Below, in pieces: positions 21,336-30,944 of a DNA stretch of 64,000 bases. How positions within the stretch are numbered: position 1 is the first letter of the stretch; the number at the start of each line of letters is the position of its first letter. The notes under the pieces were generated by a model. That model was not told where the DNA came from and did not search any database. It saw nothing but the letters and a program-made list of their open reading frames with translations. The stretch comes from Candidatus Spongiisociaceae bacterium (GTDB taxonomy: Bacteria; Actinomycetota; Acidimicrobiia; Spongiisociales; Spongiisociaceae), in the NCBI GenBank assembly GCA_965262915.1, contig OZ253564.1, positions 1,184,001 to 1,248,000 on the forward strand, written 5' to 3'. Position numbers and translations under genes: made by a program.

Positions 21336-23708
21336 TCAACTACGGCGCGCCTGGGAGGTGCGTGTCGAGGCAGCGGTCTCATGGAGCGCCGGCGCAACCT
21401 TTCTGAATAGCCGCCAAGCGCCGTCGACATCGAGGAGTCGGGCGCCTGCAGACTCGTACGAGAGCGTCTTGTCGAGCACCCAGTCCCATTTGTCTATCTC
21501 CCGATTCTCGATCACCGCAGCCAACCCGGCGGTCGTAGGAGGTGGGTTCTCTAGGAACTGACCGATCACCTCTGCTACCTCGTCGGGGCCGGTCCCGCAT
21601 ATCCGGATGGCGGGGCCTTCGACGCCCACTTTGATTCCTGCCTGATGCAGGGCGATCATCGCGGTATACAGGGCGCGATCGCCGGTCCATGGAAACAGCA
21701 GGACATCCCCGCCATCCCGGACCACGGTTCGCTTGCCCAGCCGGAATTGCTTGAACGCGGCCCGACCCTCGGCGAGCAGGTCCCTCGCGCCGGCGTCGAG
21801 CCATGTCGGGGTTTCGGTCGACGCGTAGACGGCCAGCATCTCCGCCCGAACCTCATTCGACACCGCGGGACCATGGCTGCCGGAGAAGAGGGGGGCGCCG
21901 CCAGTGGATTGTTCGAGCTCGACCACCCGGGCCGGTTTGTCGATGCCTGTCACCTTCCAGCGCTTCCCGGCGAAGATCATCAGCATCCCTTCCCGGAGGG
22001 GCTGGTAGATGGGGATCGTACCCAGAGTCCTACCACCGGTCACGACCCGCCATTCGTCGGCAGTGTGGAACGCGACATAGAAGCGGTAGTGGTTGACGTG
22101 GCGTTCGCCGACCACCCCGTGCAGCAGCTGCCCGTCGGAGGATTGGATCAGAAGATCGTGGGACGCCATGGCTCGGAGCAACCGGACGAACCGAGCCTGG
22201 TCGACGAGGTGGAAGGGACCCGGCCCGCACAGGGCGCGATACAGGTCGGCCGCCCTCGCTCCGCCGTGCTGGGCGATGGTCGACATGATCTGCTGGATCA
22301 GCGTCGAGTAATTGAATCCGGGATCGTCGGCGGATTCGAGCCACCTCTGGAGCATGAGGCGCACCATGGCGGTCGTCTGCACGACCCCGCAGCGCAGCCG
22401 GTCGACCGGGAGGGACCGCTCGTCGAGGGATGGTTCGCTGATGTAGAGGCGCAGCAGGGCCGGGTCGTCGCGGCGGCCCGATCTCCCCAGCCGCTGCCAG
22501 AGGGATGCGACCGATGGCGGCGGGCCTATCTGAGCCACGCTCGTTACCGAGCCGATGTCGATTCCCAGCTCGAGCGTGGACGTGCTCACCGCGGTCGCCG
22601 GTCGGGTTCGGTCCTTCATCTGCGCTTCGGCCGCCTCGCGCAGTTCCTTGGACAGGTTGCCGTGATGCGGCCAGAACTCGTTGGGGACCCGCTCCCGGTC
22701 ACTTCGACGGGCGAGCAGGTCGGCGTAGGTCTCCACGTGATTGCGCGTGTTGGCGAACACCAGGTTGTCCTGGCCGCGCAGATGCCTGAACAGGTGCTCG
22801 GCTATCTCTGTCGCGTCCCCGTTCACCGTCTCTTCGACAGCTACTTCGCGGCCGGCCCGCTCGGCGTTTTCGGCCTGGTGGGGTGATACCGGTGGCGGGG
22901 TGGCCACGTACCCGCGCAGCTGCAGCATCAACCCCCGGCCGTCCGACTTCGACTCAACTATCAGGACCTGCTCCGGGTCGGTCGGGCGGAGAAACGCGGT
23001 GGCCTGATTCATGTCGCCGAGGGTTGCCGACAGCCCGATACGGGGTGGTCGTAGGCGGACCGCCAGCTCGACACGGTTCATCAGCGACTGCAGTTGGACT
23101 CCCCGTTGCGTGGCCAGGAAGGAGTGGAGCTCGTCGATCACGATGTAGCGCAACCCGACGAACAGCCTCGGCACGAGGGAGCCCCGGTTGACGAAGGTCG
23201 ACTCCAAAGACTCGGGAGTTATGAGCAGTACACCGGACGGTCGGGCTATCAGGCTCTGCTTCGCCGCCGCCGAGACGTCCCCGTGCCAGCGATGCACGGG
23301 GACATCCACCCGTTCGCAGATCCGTTCCAGGCGTTGATACTGATCGTTGATCAGGGCCTTCAGCGGCGAAAGGTACAGAGCCTGCACCCCGACGGAGGGT
23401 CCGGTCGCCGGTTCCGCCCACGGGTCGTAGGCCGTCCACGGATCTCGTTCCCCCGATGTCGGCTGGTCGGTGGCGCCGGCAAGGGTCGACAGGATAGGGA
23501 GGAAGGCGGCTTCGGTCTTTCCGGAGGCGGTCGCCGCGGCGATGATCAAATCACGGTCACCGTCAATGATCGGACCGATGGCGCGCTCCTGGGCGTCGTG
23601 CAGCGAGGTCCACCCCTGGTCGTATATCCAGCGCTGTATCCGAGGATGCAGCCGGGTGAACGCCGACGACGGGGCAGCTTCAGAGACGGAAGTGGGTGAG
23701 ATGGTCAT
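21336..23708 (-). CDS. sngC: Lhr-like DEAD/DEAH helicase (Shango SngC-like)
   Basis: ATASGKT, DELH, SAT, HHGNLS, QRLGRSGRR; third gene of a TerB-ATPase-helicase operon. Confidence 0.85.
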   Translation of the reverse strand: MTISPTSVSEAAPSSAFTRLHPRIQRWIYDQGWTSLHDAQERAIGPIIDGDRDLIIAAATASGKTEAAFLPILSTLAGATDQPTSGERDPWTAYDPWAEPATGPSVGVQALYLSPLKALINDQYQRLERICERVDVPVHRWHGDVSAAAKQSLIARPSGVLLITPESLESTFVNRGSLVPRLFVGLRYIVIDELHSFLATQRGVQLQSLMNRVELAVRLRPPRIGLSATLGDMNQATAFLRPTDPEQVLIVESKSDGRGLMLQLRGYVATPPPVSPHQAENAERAGREVAVEETVNGDATEIAEHLFRHLRGQDNLVFANTRNHVETYADLLARRSDRERVPNEFWPHHGNLSKELREAAEAQMKDRTRPATAVSTSTLELGIDIGSVTSVAQIGPPPSVASLWQRLGRSGRRDDPALLRLYISEPSLDERSLPVDRLRCGVVQTTAMVRLMLQRWLESADDPGFNYSTLIQQIMSTIAQHGGARAADLYRALCGPGPFHLVDQARFVRLLRAMASHDLLIQSSDGQLLHGVVGERHVNHYRFYVAFHTADEWRVVTGGRTLGTIPIYQPLREGMLMIFAGKRWKVTGIDKPARVVELEQSTGGAPLFSGSHGPAVSNEVRAEMLAVYASTETPTWLDAGARDLLAEGRAAFKQFRLGKRTVVRDGGDVLLFPWTGDRALYTAMIALHQAGIKVGVEGPAIRICGTGPDEVAEVIGQFLENPPPTTAGLAAVIENREIDKWDWVLDKTLSYESAGARLLDVDGAWRLFRKVAPALHETAASTRTSQARRS

Positions 23709-25035
23709 CGTCGGGTGCTGGTCTCGGGATGGACGGCGGGGCGCCGTTGCCACTCTTGAGCGGTGCGAGGTCCGGATTGGTCTCCGCTTCGATCTCGACC
23801 CGGTCGATCAGATCGGACCAGTTCACGCCGGGGTTCTGGGCGAGCACCGAGAGGAGGTTCACGAACTCCTTGATGGTGGTCCGCGGTGTGCGGAAGTAGG
23901 CGTCACCCACACGCGACGCGCAATGGTCCATGAAGGCGGGCAAGGCTTCGTCGGGTACGAGGTAGGCGTCCGGATCGCCGCTCGCGAACACGTGCCGGAG
24001 TTTGGTGAGCAGCACGTAAATATCCTCGGGGGACAGGTTGGCGAGGCGCAATACCGGACCGGAGAAGTCAACGAGCCCCTTACGGGCGAAAGTGTTCTCG
24101 GCAAGACGTGACTGCAGGGCCGGGTACGAGTAGAGGCCGCGCCGGGTGTCTAACAGCATGTCCGGAGTGCCGCCGAACACGAACCCGAGCCCGGCAGCCG
24201 AACCCTGCAGGCAGTCGTTGAGGATGCGAAGCACCTGTTCGTAGTTGGAGTTGCGGGCCCTGGTATGCGACATCTTGTACAGATTCACCATCTCGTCCAG
24301 GCAGACGAGGAGGCCTGAGAACCCGGCCAGACGGACGAACCGCGCGAACAGCTTGAGATGGTCGTAGAAGCTCCGGTCGTCGATGATGGTGCGCACTCCG
24401 AGCGCTTGCCGTGAGTCGGTGCGGGTCGAGAACTCGCCGCGTAGCCAGCGCACCACATCGGAGCGCAGTTGTTCGTTGCCGTTGTCATGGGCGCGCCAGT
24501 AGGCGGCGATTACTTCGGCGAAGTCGTATCCGCCGACCATCTCCTGGAGATCGGCAAGCCGTTCACGGATTACCGTCTCCGGGCTGATGTCTCGGGAGCG
24601 GGCGGCGCTCAGACCGGCCGTGATGAACCGTTCCACCACCGACGGCATCGCGCCGCCCTCCGGCTTCGCTCGCGTCGACAGGTTGCGCATCAGCTCGGCG
24701 TACAGACCGCGCGCCTGACCGCCGGTCGCGTAGAGGCGGCGTTCGGGTGACAGGTCGGCGTGGACGGTGACGAGCTTTCGTTCGAGCGCGATTGAACGGA
24801 CCAGGTTCAGGAAGAAGGACTTTCCGGCCCCGTACTCGCCGATCACGAGACGGATCGCCGAACCGCTGTCGGCGATCCGGTCGATGTCAGCGACCACAGC
24901 GGCCACTTCGTCGGCGCGTCCGACCTGGATGTGTTGCTGGCCGACCCGTGGTACGACGCCGGCCCGCAAGGACTGGATGATCGCGTCGCGGTCCCGCGGG
25001 CGGATACGGCCGGTGGGACGGGTTAGGGATGTCAA
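23680..25035 (-). CDS. sngB: P-loop ATPase, DUF2791/BrxD-like (Shango SngB-like)
   Basis: LRAGVVPR, GEYGAGKS, LVCLDE. Confidence 0.87.
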   Translation of the reverse strand: MTSLTRPTGRIRPRDRDAIIQSLRAGVVPRVGQQHIQVGRADEVAAVVADIDRIADSGSAIRLVIGEYGAGKSFFLNLVRSIALERKLVTVHADLSPERRLYATGGQARGLYAELMRNLSTRAKPEGGAMPSVVERFITAGLSAARSRDISPETVIRERLADLQEMVGGYDFAEVIAAYWRAHDNGNEQLRSDVVRWLRGEFSTRTDSRQALGVRTIIDDRSFYDHLKLFARFVRLAGFSGLLVCLDEMVNLYKMSHTRARNSNYEQVLRILNDCLQGSAAGLGFVFGGTPDMLLDTRRGLYSYPALQSRLAENTFARKGLVDFSGPVLRLANLSPEDIYVLLTKLRHVFASGDPDAYLVPDEALPAFMDHCASRVGDAYFRTPRTTIKEFVNLLSVLAQNPGVNWSDLIDRVEIEAETNPDLAPLKSGNGAPPSIPRPAPDDDHLTHFRL

Positions 25036-27227
25036 GTCAGTTCCTCCACAGCGTAGGCATTGAGTACCACAGGGTTGTCACCCTCTACAAGAGGTTCGCC
25101 GCAGGCTTCCATTGCGGCTTCGTTGATCACGTCGATAGCGCCGTCGAGGAACGGCAATCCGAACGAATCGGCCATCTCCTCGGCGAAGCGGCGCTCCCAC
25201 TCCGATCGGGAGGCGAGGGCCGCAAGGAGCCGCGAATGCGGCCCGTCAAGACCCTCGATCATCGATCTGGGTTCCGAGCCGGGCGTACGGGATTCCGTCT
25301 CCGGTGGTGGGTCGTCGTCTACGAAGATGTCGGTCAGCAGGTTCGACACACGGTCCGTCTCGGCCAGACGGGCTTGGATCTTTGCAGGGTCCAGGGCTAC
25401 GGGACGGCGCCGCGCGGCAATCGTGCCGGGGTTGGGAAGTTCCCAACCAGTGTTGGGCGCCCCCTCTCGAACGGTGACCGGGCCGGTATCCCCCAGGTCG
25501 AGAGTATGGGCGCGGCTATACAGGTGGGATTCGTCGAGGCCCATATGTTCGAACAACCTTTCCAGGACGGCGATCTCTTTGTGATTGACGACCCCGTCGG
25601 CGGCTGCAAGCTCGATCAGAAGACTTCCGACTTTCGGCAGATCGTCGGGTTCCATCGCCTTTATCTTGCGTTTGATGCCGTACATACGGGGTTTTCGCAC
25701 ACCGAGCAATGCCAAGTGCGCTTGCAGCCTGGCCCGATCGGCGGTATCAAGCCCGGTGATCCCTTCCAATCGTTCAGCGAGAAACCGGTGTTCGAAGGAG
25801 TTGATCTTCCCGTCCGCTGCGGCCACTATCGCACTCAGATACACCAGCGACAGGGCGGCGCCGTACAAAGTGGGTTTCGCCCGCCCACCCTCGGGAAGCG
25901 AGAACAACACCGCATGCGTACCCGGACTTGGAGTAGGCGCACCGAAACGGACGTCGGGTTCGATTCCCACCTCGACGTTGGCGAGCATGGACGCCAGAGC
26001 AGAGGCGTCGGTCTTGGTGAGTTTCGAGGTGTGGCCGGGTGACCACATTTCCACCAGTTCATCGAGGAAAACCACCGCCCGCGGCCTACCGGCCAGTTGT
26101 TCCGATGTCCAGGCCCGGAGACCCTTGAGGATCGGACCACCGTGCTCGACAAGCAACACGTCGGGTAACAGCCCGACCGCGGCCGGGGTCCCGACCCAAT
26201 CAGGGTGGCGCCCGATCAAGCGGCTGTAGGCATCGAGTTCATTGTCGCATTGCTTGGCCAACTCGTTCAGCTCGGTGATCAGCGCCGGTTCGAGCGTTAC
26301 GTCAGGAATCCTGTCGAGGGTGATGAACACGCCTCCGTCGAATCCGGAGGATGTGGCCCGGTACGAGAGCCTGATCTTCCTCGCCGGTCGTGGCACCCGG
26401 AGACCCGGTCCGAACCGCGCCCTGTAACGTATGCCGAACAGTTCGTCGAACTCGGCGGCAGCGCGCTTGGCCGGTGTTCGTAGCCGCCCCTCGGGATGGT
26501 GCCGGAGGTAACTGAGGGCCCATTCGGCCGGGATGGCGGACCGTTCCGAAACATACTTGCCGATGCAGACTCGAACCGCGGCCGGTACGCCGAGCTTTGC
26601 GCGACCGGAATCCCATGGGACCGGTTGTGCGTCAGTGTTCACCGACAGCACGCCTTCCACGAAATCCAGCAGTTGACCCGCGCTCCCAGCGAATGAATGC
26701 TCCTCGCGGTAGATGCCTAGGAGACGTTCGATCTCGGCCAGGATGATCGCGACCTCCGGAAGGTGGAGGTCGGCGCCAAGGTCGGCGAACAGACGCCGTT
26801 CGAGCCCGTAGAAGAACAAGAACACGTAACCGATGTAGGCGGACCTGTCCTGGCGACCCCCGGCCAGCCACTTGAGATAGGCGGCCCGAACGCGCGGGTT
26901 GGCTCGTCCGTACGACGGGTCGTGATGCATGGAAGCTCCGGTGCGATCCGCGCTTTTCCAGTTGACCGGAAGCCGAGGATCGATGAGGCTTGGCTCGGGT
27001 CCGCGTCCGTTCGCCGCCAGGGCGCCGTTGCCGATGTAGACCATCCCGCCTTCGATCGAACGGCCGGCCACGTCGATCTTCCCACCGGGTGGGACCCAGG
27101 TTGCCGGACCTCGCTTGGATCGCTTCCCTGACCACCGAAGCGGGCCGCTGTCCCACCAGTAAGGCGTCGGCGGGCCGCGCTTCGTGTTCCGTTCGGGACG
27201 GTTTGTCCCACGCTCGGGCCGGCTCAC
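25032..27227 (-). CDS. sngA: TerB_N/TerB/TerB_C protein (Shango SngA-like)
   Basis: YIGYVFLFFYGLERR (TerB_N), two AADG...E TerB motifs, IDVINE (TerB_C); GTG after AAAGGGGG. Confidence 0.87.
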   Translation of the reverse strand: MSRPERGTNRPERNTKRGPPTPYWWDSGPLRWSGKRSKRGPATWVPPGGKIDVAGRSIEGGMVYIGNGALAANGRGPEPSLIDPRLPVNWKSADRTGASMHHDPSYGRANPRVRAAYLKWLAGGRQDRSAYIGYVFLFFYGLERRLFADLGADLHLPEVAIILAEIERLLGIYREEHSFAGSAGQLLDFVEGVLSVNTDAQPVPWDSGRAKLGVPAAVRVCIGKYVSERSAIPAEWALSYLRHHPEGRLRTPAKRAAAEFDELFGIRYRARFGPGLRVPRPARKIRLSYRATSSGFDGGVFITLDRIPDVTLEPALITELNELAKQCDNELDAYSRLIGRHPDWVGTPAAVGLLPDVLLVEHGGPILKGLRAWTSEQLAGRPRAVVFLDELVEMWSPGHTSKLTKTDASALASMLANVEVGIEPDVRFGAPTPSPGTHAVLFSLPEGGRAKPTLYGAALSLVYLSAIVAAADGKINSFEHRFLAERLEGITGLDTADRARLQAHLALLGVRKPRMYGIKRKIKAMEPDDLPKVGSLLIELAAADGVVNHKEIAVLERLFEHMGLDESHLYSRAHTLDLGDTGPVTVREGAPNTGWELPNPGTIAARRRPVALDPAKIQARLAETDRVSNLLTDIFVDDDPPPETESRTPGSEPRSMIEGLDGPHSRLLAALASRSEWERRFAEEMADSFGLPFLDGAIDVINEAAMEACGEPLVEGDNPVVLNAYAVEELT

Positions 27228-27349
27228 AACCCCCCTTTCAGGTACCGCCTGTCGGCTAGAGGGGAAGTGCCCGATCGGCATGCCGCCGTGACAACCGACC
27301 ATTATGGTACAAATCCGATGACTCTGAAGCCTTGGTGTATACTGAACCA

Positions 27350-27574
27350 ATGCGGCGTATACAGCTATACATGGACGATGACCTCGATGAAGCGCTATCC
27401 GGCGAGGCGGCTCGTCTGGGCGTCTCCCGTTCGGAGCTCGTGCGAGACGCAGTGAGGGTCTCGCTACGCGGCTTTCTCGACGCTGATCGCGATGCGGTCG
27501 ACGATCTGATCGGCTGGATCGACGTGGAGCCGGACGACGATATCGATTCGGTGGTCTACGGGCTCGAAGAGTGA
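27350..27574 (+). CDS. vapB: Ribbon-helix-helix (CopG/VapB) antitoxin
   Basis: MRRIQLYMDDDL...GVSRSELVRDAV. Confidence 0.85.
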   Translation: MRRIQLYMDDDLDEALSGEAARLGVSRSELVRDAVRVSLRGFLDADRDAVDDLIGWIDVEPDDDIDSVVYGLEE

Positions 27575-27972
27575 GGTTCGCCGATACATCGTTCTGGGTC
27601 GGCCTCCAAGTCGCGCGAGACCGCCGACATGCCGACGCAGTCGAGCTATGGCAGCGTGATCGCAGGCCCGTGCGGACTTCCAACCTCGTCCTCGGCGAGA
27701 CATGGACGTGGCTACGGCGAAGAGCCGGTCACCCGGCAGCCGTGCGCTTTCTGGAAACGCTCGCGCAGTCCAGGCGCGTATCGGTGGTGACAGTGGACGA
27801 GACCATAGATCAGCAGGCGTGGGTATGGCTTCGCCGCCACGACGAGCGGAAGTACTCGTATGTGGATGCCACGAGCTTCGCGATCATGCGCCGCGAGCGC
27901 ATCACCGAAGCGTTGGCGTTCGACGGTGATTTCACCGCGGCGGGCTTCGTCGAGGCCCGACCTCACCGATGA
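27571..27972 (+). CDS. vapC: PIN-domain VapC toxin
   Basis: FADTS, VLGET, YSYVDATSF, AFDGDF. Confidence 0.9.
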   Translation: MRFADTSFWVGLQVARDRRHADAVELWQRDRRPVRTSNLVLGETWTWLRRRAGHPAAVRFLETLAQSRRVSVVTVDETIDQQAWVWLRRHDERKYSYVDATSFAIMRRERITEALAFDGDFTAAGFVEARPHR

Positions 27973-27979
27973 TCTTCCC

Positions 27980-28801
27980 GTGACCGGCCTTACCCGGGAG
28001 ATCGCTCGTTGGATCGAGTCGGTCGATCCGGGGACGATCGACGACGATACCCGGGCGGTCGTGTCCGGTTTGGTAGCCCGCGTGCTGAACGCGACCGCCG
28101 GGTCGGAGGGTGACGGGCGACAGGGTCCGACTCGCCTCGGTCTCGATCCCGTGGTTGACGCCCACTCATTCGCTGCCGGCCTGCGCGCCGAAACCCTTTC
28201 GGAACAGCAGGCGGGTCTCAGGGAGCTCGCCGCTCCGGTCGCCAGAGCGGCGCTGGCGATAGCGGTTCACCACCCATGCTCCGGTGCATCGCTGGGCGCC
28301 GCGGTCCTGGCCGGCTGCGAGCTGGGCCTGCTGCTGGCCGAGATGGCGGGCGCTGGTAGTGACTCTCGATTTCGTGCCTCGGCGGCGACATGTGCAGCTA
28401 TCTCGGCTGCTCGGGTCCTTGATCTCAGCGGCGATCGGCTCGTCTGGGCGATCGGTATCGGGGCCAGCAGTTCGGTCGGTGCCGCCTATGTCCTAGATGC
28501 TGCTTGGCAGGCCGGGAAGTCGGCGTCCAACGGAGTGCTGGCTGCCCTCCTCGCCGATGCAGACTTCACCGGTCCCGCCGACGCCATCGAACATCCCCGG
28601 GGTCTTCTCGGCGCGGTGTTCGATATGCGTGCGCCGGTTGGTACAGCAGGGGATCTGGGCAACCGGATAGGTGCAATCGAACCCCTGATCTCCTCGGCAG
28701 GAACTGCCGACGGTTTCGGGGACAAGGCGGCCGGGATGTGGGAGATGGAAAGGGCTTCCGATCTGGTTGCCGCAGTGTTTCCCGACCGGAGGTCGCGTTG
28801 A
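27980..28801 (+). CDS. Short, divergent MmgE/PrpD-like protein
   Basis: SGASLGAAVLAGCE, WQAGKSASNGVLAALLA.DFTGP..IE..RG; lacks the C-terminal domain. Confidence 0.7.
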   Translation: MTGLTREIARWIESVDPGTIDDDTRAVVSGLVARVLNATAGSEGDGRQGPTRLGLDPVVDAHSFAAGLRAETLSEQQAGLRELAAPVARAALAIAVHHPCSGASLGAAVLAGCELGLLLAEMAGAGSDSRFRASAATCAAISAARVLDLSGDRLVWAIGIGASSSVGAAYVLDAAWQAGKSASNGVLAALLADADFTGPADAIEHPRGLLGAVFDMRAPVGTAGDLGNRIGAIEPLISSAGTADGFGDKAAGMWEMERASDLVAAVFPDRRSR

Positions 28802-30132
28802 TCGGGACCGCGGTTCTCCCACGGTTGGCAGGCTTTGCGCTCGGTCCCCTCGATCTGCCCGATGAGGTAGCGCACGCCGGTCGCCGGACCGTTCTCAATG
28901 CGCTGGCGCTGGCGGTCGGTGCCGCCCGGCATCCTGCTGTCGATGCGGCTTGCGAGGTGGTTTCGCGCCTGACCCGGCGCCCTGAAGCATCGATCCCCGG
29001 CCGGTCCGCCCGGGTGGAGGCGGAGTGGGCGGCTTTCGTAGGAGGCATAGCGGTCCACGCCGAGGACTACGACGACACCCACCTGGGCACCGTCGTGCAT
29101 CCGGGCGCCCCGGTCGTTCCTGCCGCCCTAGCCGCTGCCGAGTTGTACAGGAGCAGCGGACGCGAACTGCTGGAGGCTGTGGTGGTCGGGGTGGAGGTTG
29201 CATGCCGGGTGGGCCTGGGTCTCGGGCCGGGTCACTTCGACCGCGGATGGCACCTCACGGGGTCGACCGGCCGGTACGGCGCCGCCGCTGCGGCCGCCCG
29301 CCTGGCCGGGTTGGACGAGGCCACGCTGGCCGGGGTGTGGGCCCGCTCTGCAGCCGAGACGGCCGGGGTCCAGGCGGCCTTCGGCACCATGACCAAGCCG
29401 TACCATCCCGGCAAGGCTGCCTACGACGGGATCCTGGCGGTACAGGACACCGTGGACGGGCGCCGGCCTGCTCCGATGACCGCGGAGGAGGAGACGAACA
29501 TGTTCCATGCGCTGGGTCCCGACCCGGATCCCCCGAAGGTCACTACCGGCCTGTGCGAACAGTGGGAGACCGCGCTGAACACATTCAAACCGTATGCCTG
29601 CGGGATCGTCAGCCATCCGGTCATAGATGCGGCGGTCGAAGCCCGGACCCGTATCGGGGGCCGGATCAACCGGATCACGGTTACCGTCAATCCCATCGTG
29701 CTCGACGTGATGGGTGTCGAAGAGCCAGCCCACGGCCTGGAGTCGAAGTTCAGCGTCTACCACTGCGCGGCTATCGGTCTCCTCGACGGGGTCGGAGGGC
29801 CGGCCCAGTTCTCCGACGAGCGGGTCAACTCCCCGGACACGACCGCGCTGCGCCGCAAGGTCGAGGTGATCACCGATCCGAGCATGGCCCGGGATGCGGC
29901 CCGCCTGGTAGCGGATACGGCGGACGGGCGGCGGGTCGAAGTGAGGATCGACCACGCCAGGGGGAGCGCGGCGCGACCCATGACCGACGAGGATCTCGCC
30001 TTCAAGGCCCGTGACTCGATGCAGCCCGTCATCGGTGATGCCGCCGACGATCTCATCGACATGGCCTACTCCATCGAAGCTCACGAAGTACGGGACATCA
30101 TGCAGGTGGCCGCCTCAGGGGCTGGGATGTGA
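28798..30132 (+). CDS. MmgE/PrpD family protein
   Basis: DYDDTH...HPG, RGWHLTG, TKPYHPG, FKPYACG..SHP, KFSVYH. Confidence 0.92.
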   Translation: MIGTAVLPRLAGFALGPLDLPDEVAHAGRRTVLNALALAVGAARHPAVDAACEVVSRLTRRPEASIPGRSARVEAEWAAFVGGIAVHAEDYDDTHLGTVVHPGAPVVPAALAAAELYRSSGRELLEAVVVGVEVACRVGLGLGPGHFDRGWHLTGSTGRYGAAAAAARLAGLDEATLAGVWARSAAETAGVQAAFGTMTKPYHPGKAAYDGILAVQDTVDGRRPAPMTAEEETNMFHALGPDPDPPKVTTGLCEQWETALNTFKPYACGIVSHPVIDAAVEARTRIGGRINRITVTVNPIVLDVMGVEEPAHGLESKFSVYHCAAIGLLDGVGGPAQFSDERVNSPDTTALRRKVEVITDPSMARDAARLVADTADGRRVEVRIDHARGSAARPMTDEDLAFKARDSMQPVIGDAADDLIDMAYSIEAHEVRDIMQVAASGAGM

Positions 30133-30944
30133 GCGAGGGCACCTGGCACCTGGCACCTGGCACCTGGCACCTGGCACCTGGCACCTGGCACCTGGCACCT
30201 GGCACCTGGCACCTGGCACCTGGCACCTGGCACCTGGCACCTGGCACCTGGCACCTGGCACCTGGCACCTGGCACCTGGCACCTGGCACCTGGCAGGTTC
30301 CTGTCCGGTCGAGCCTCGCCGACAAGTGCTCACCTACGGTTGCGGCCCTGGTGATCGTGGACATGGTGAACGACTTCGTCCACCCCCGCGGTCTGACCGC
30401 CACCAGGAGCGGCCGCTCAGTAGAAGCAGGCCGATCCTCTATCGAGCCGATCCGCACCCTCGCCGTCGTCGCCCGCCACGCCGGAGTACCGGTCGTGCAT
30501 GTCCAACACTCGACGTCGCCCGACGACGCCAGCCACTCCGGTCCGTGGGTCGATGCCCGCAGGCGGGCCAGGTACAGCGCCCTCGACATATGCCTCGACG
30601 GAACGTGGGGACAGCAGGTGGTGGACGAGTTGGCCTCCGAGGACGGCGATATCGTCGTGAAGAAGCACCGCGATAGCGGGTTCGCCCGCACCGAGTTGGA
30701 CCGCGTCCTGGGTGAACGCGGGCGTGAGACCATCGTGGTGTGCGGGGTCTCGACCAACGTCTGCGTCGAGTCGACCGCCCGCCAGGGTTTCGATCTTGAC
30801 TACTACGTGGTTATCCCCGAGGATGCATGCATGTTATGGGACAACCGGCTGCACGAAGCGGCGCTGGAGACCGCCCGCCACCGTTACGCGGTTGTGTGCC
30901 AGACCTCGGATCTGATTTCGATATGGCAGGATTACCGGCCATGA
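30129..30944 (+). CDS. Isochorismatase/cysteine hydrolase with an N-terminal repeat expansion
   Basis: VIVDMVNDF, KHRDSGF, GVSTNVCVEST (D-K-C triad). Confidence 0.9.
   Translation: MSEGTWHLAPGTWHLAPGTWHLAPGTWHLAPGTWHLAPGTWHLAPGTWHLAPGTWQVPVRSSLADKCSPTVAALVIVDMVNDFVHPRGLTATRSGRSVEAGRSSIEPIRTLAVVARHAGVPVVHVQHSTSPDDASHSGPWVDARRRARYSALDICLDGTWGQQVVDELASEDGDIVVKKHRDSGFARTELDRVLGERGRETIVVCGVSTNVCVESTARQGFDLDYYVVIPEDACMLWDNRLHEAALETARHRYAVVCQTSDLISIWQDYRP
30138..30295 (+). repeat. Heptanucleotide tandem repeat (GGCACCT)x22 + GGCA
   Basis: Perfect 7-bp units from 30138 to 30291. Confidence 0.97.

Noticed and set aside
23680-25035. BREX system, from the BrxD-like ATPase
   Set aside because: No pglX/pglZ/brxC; the TerB + helicase context fits Shango.
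27228-27683. N-terminal extension of the 883-aa TerB ORF
   Set aside because: It overlaps the well-supported vapBC on the opposite strand and is low-complexity.
30138-30295. CRISPR array or telomere-like repeat
   Set aside because: Contiguous 7-mers with no spacers and no cas genes; it is a simple sequence repeat.
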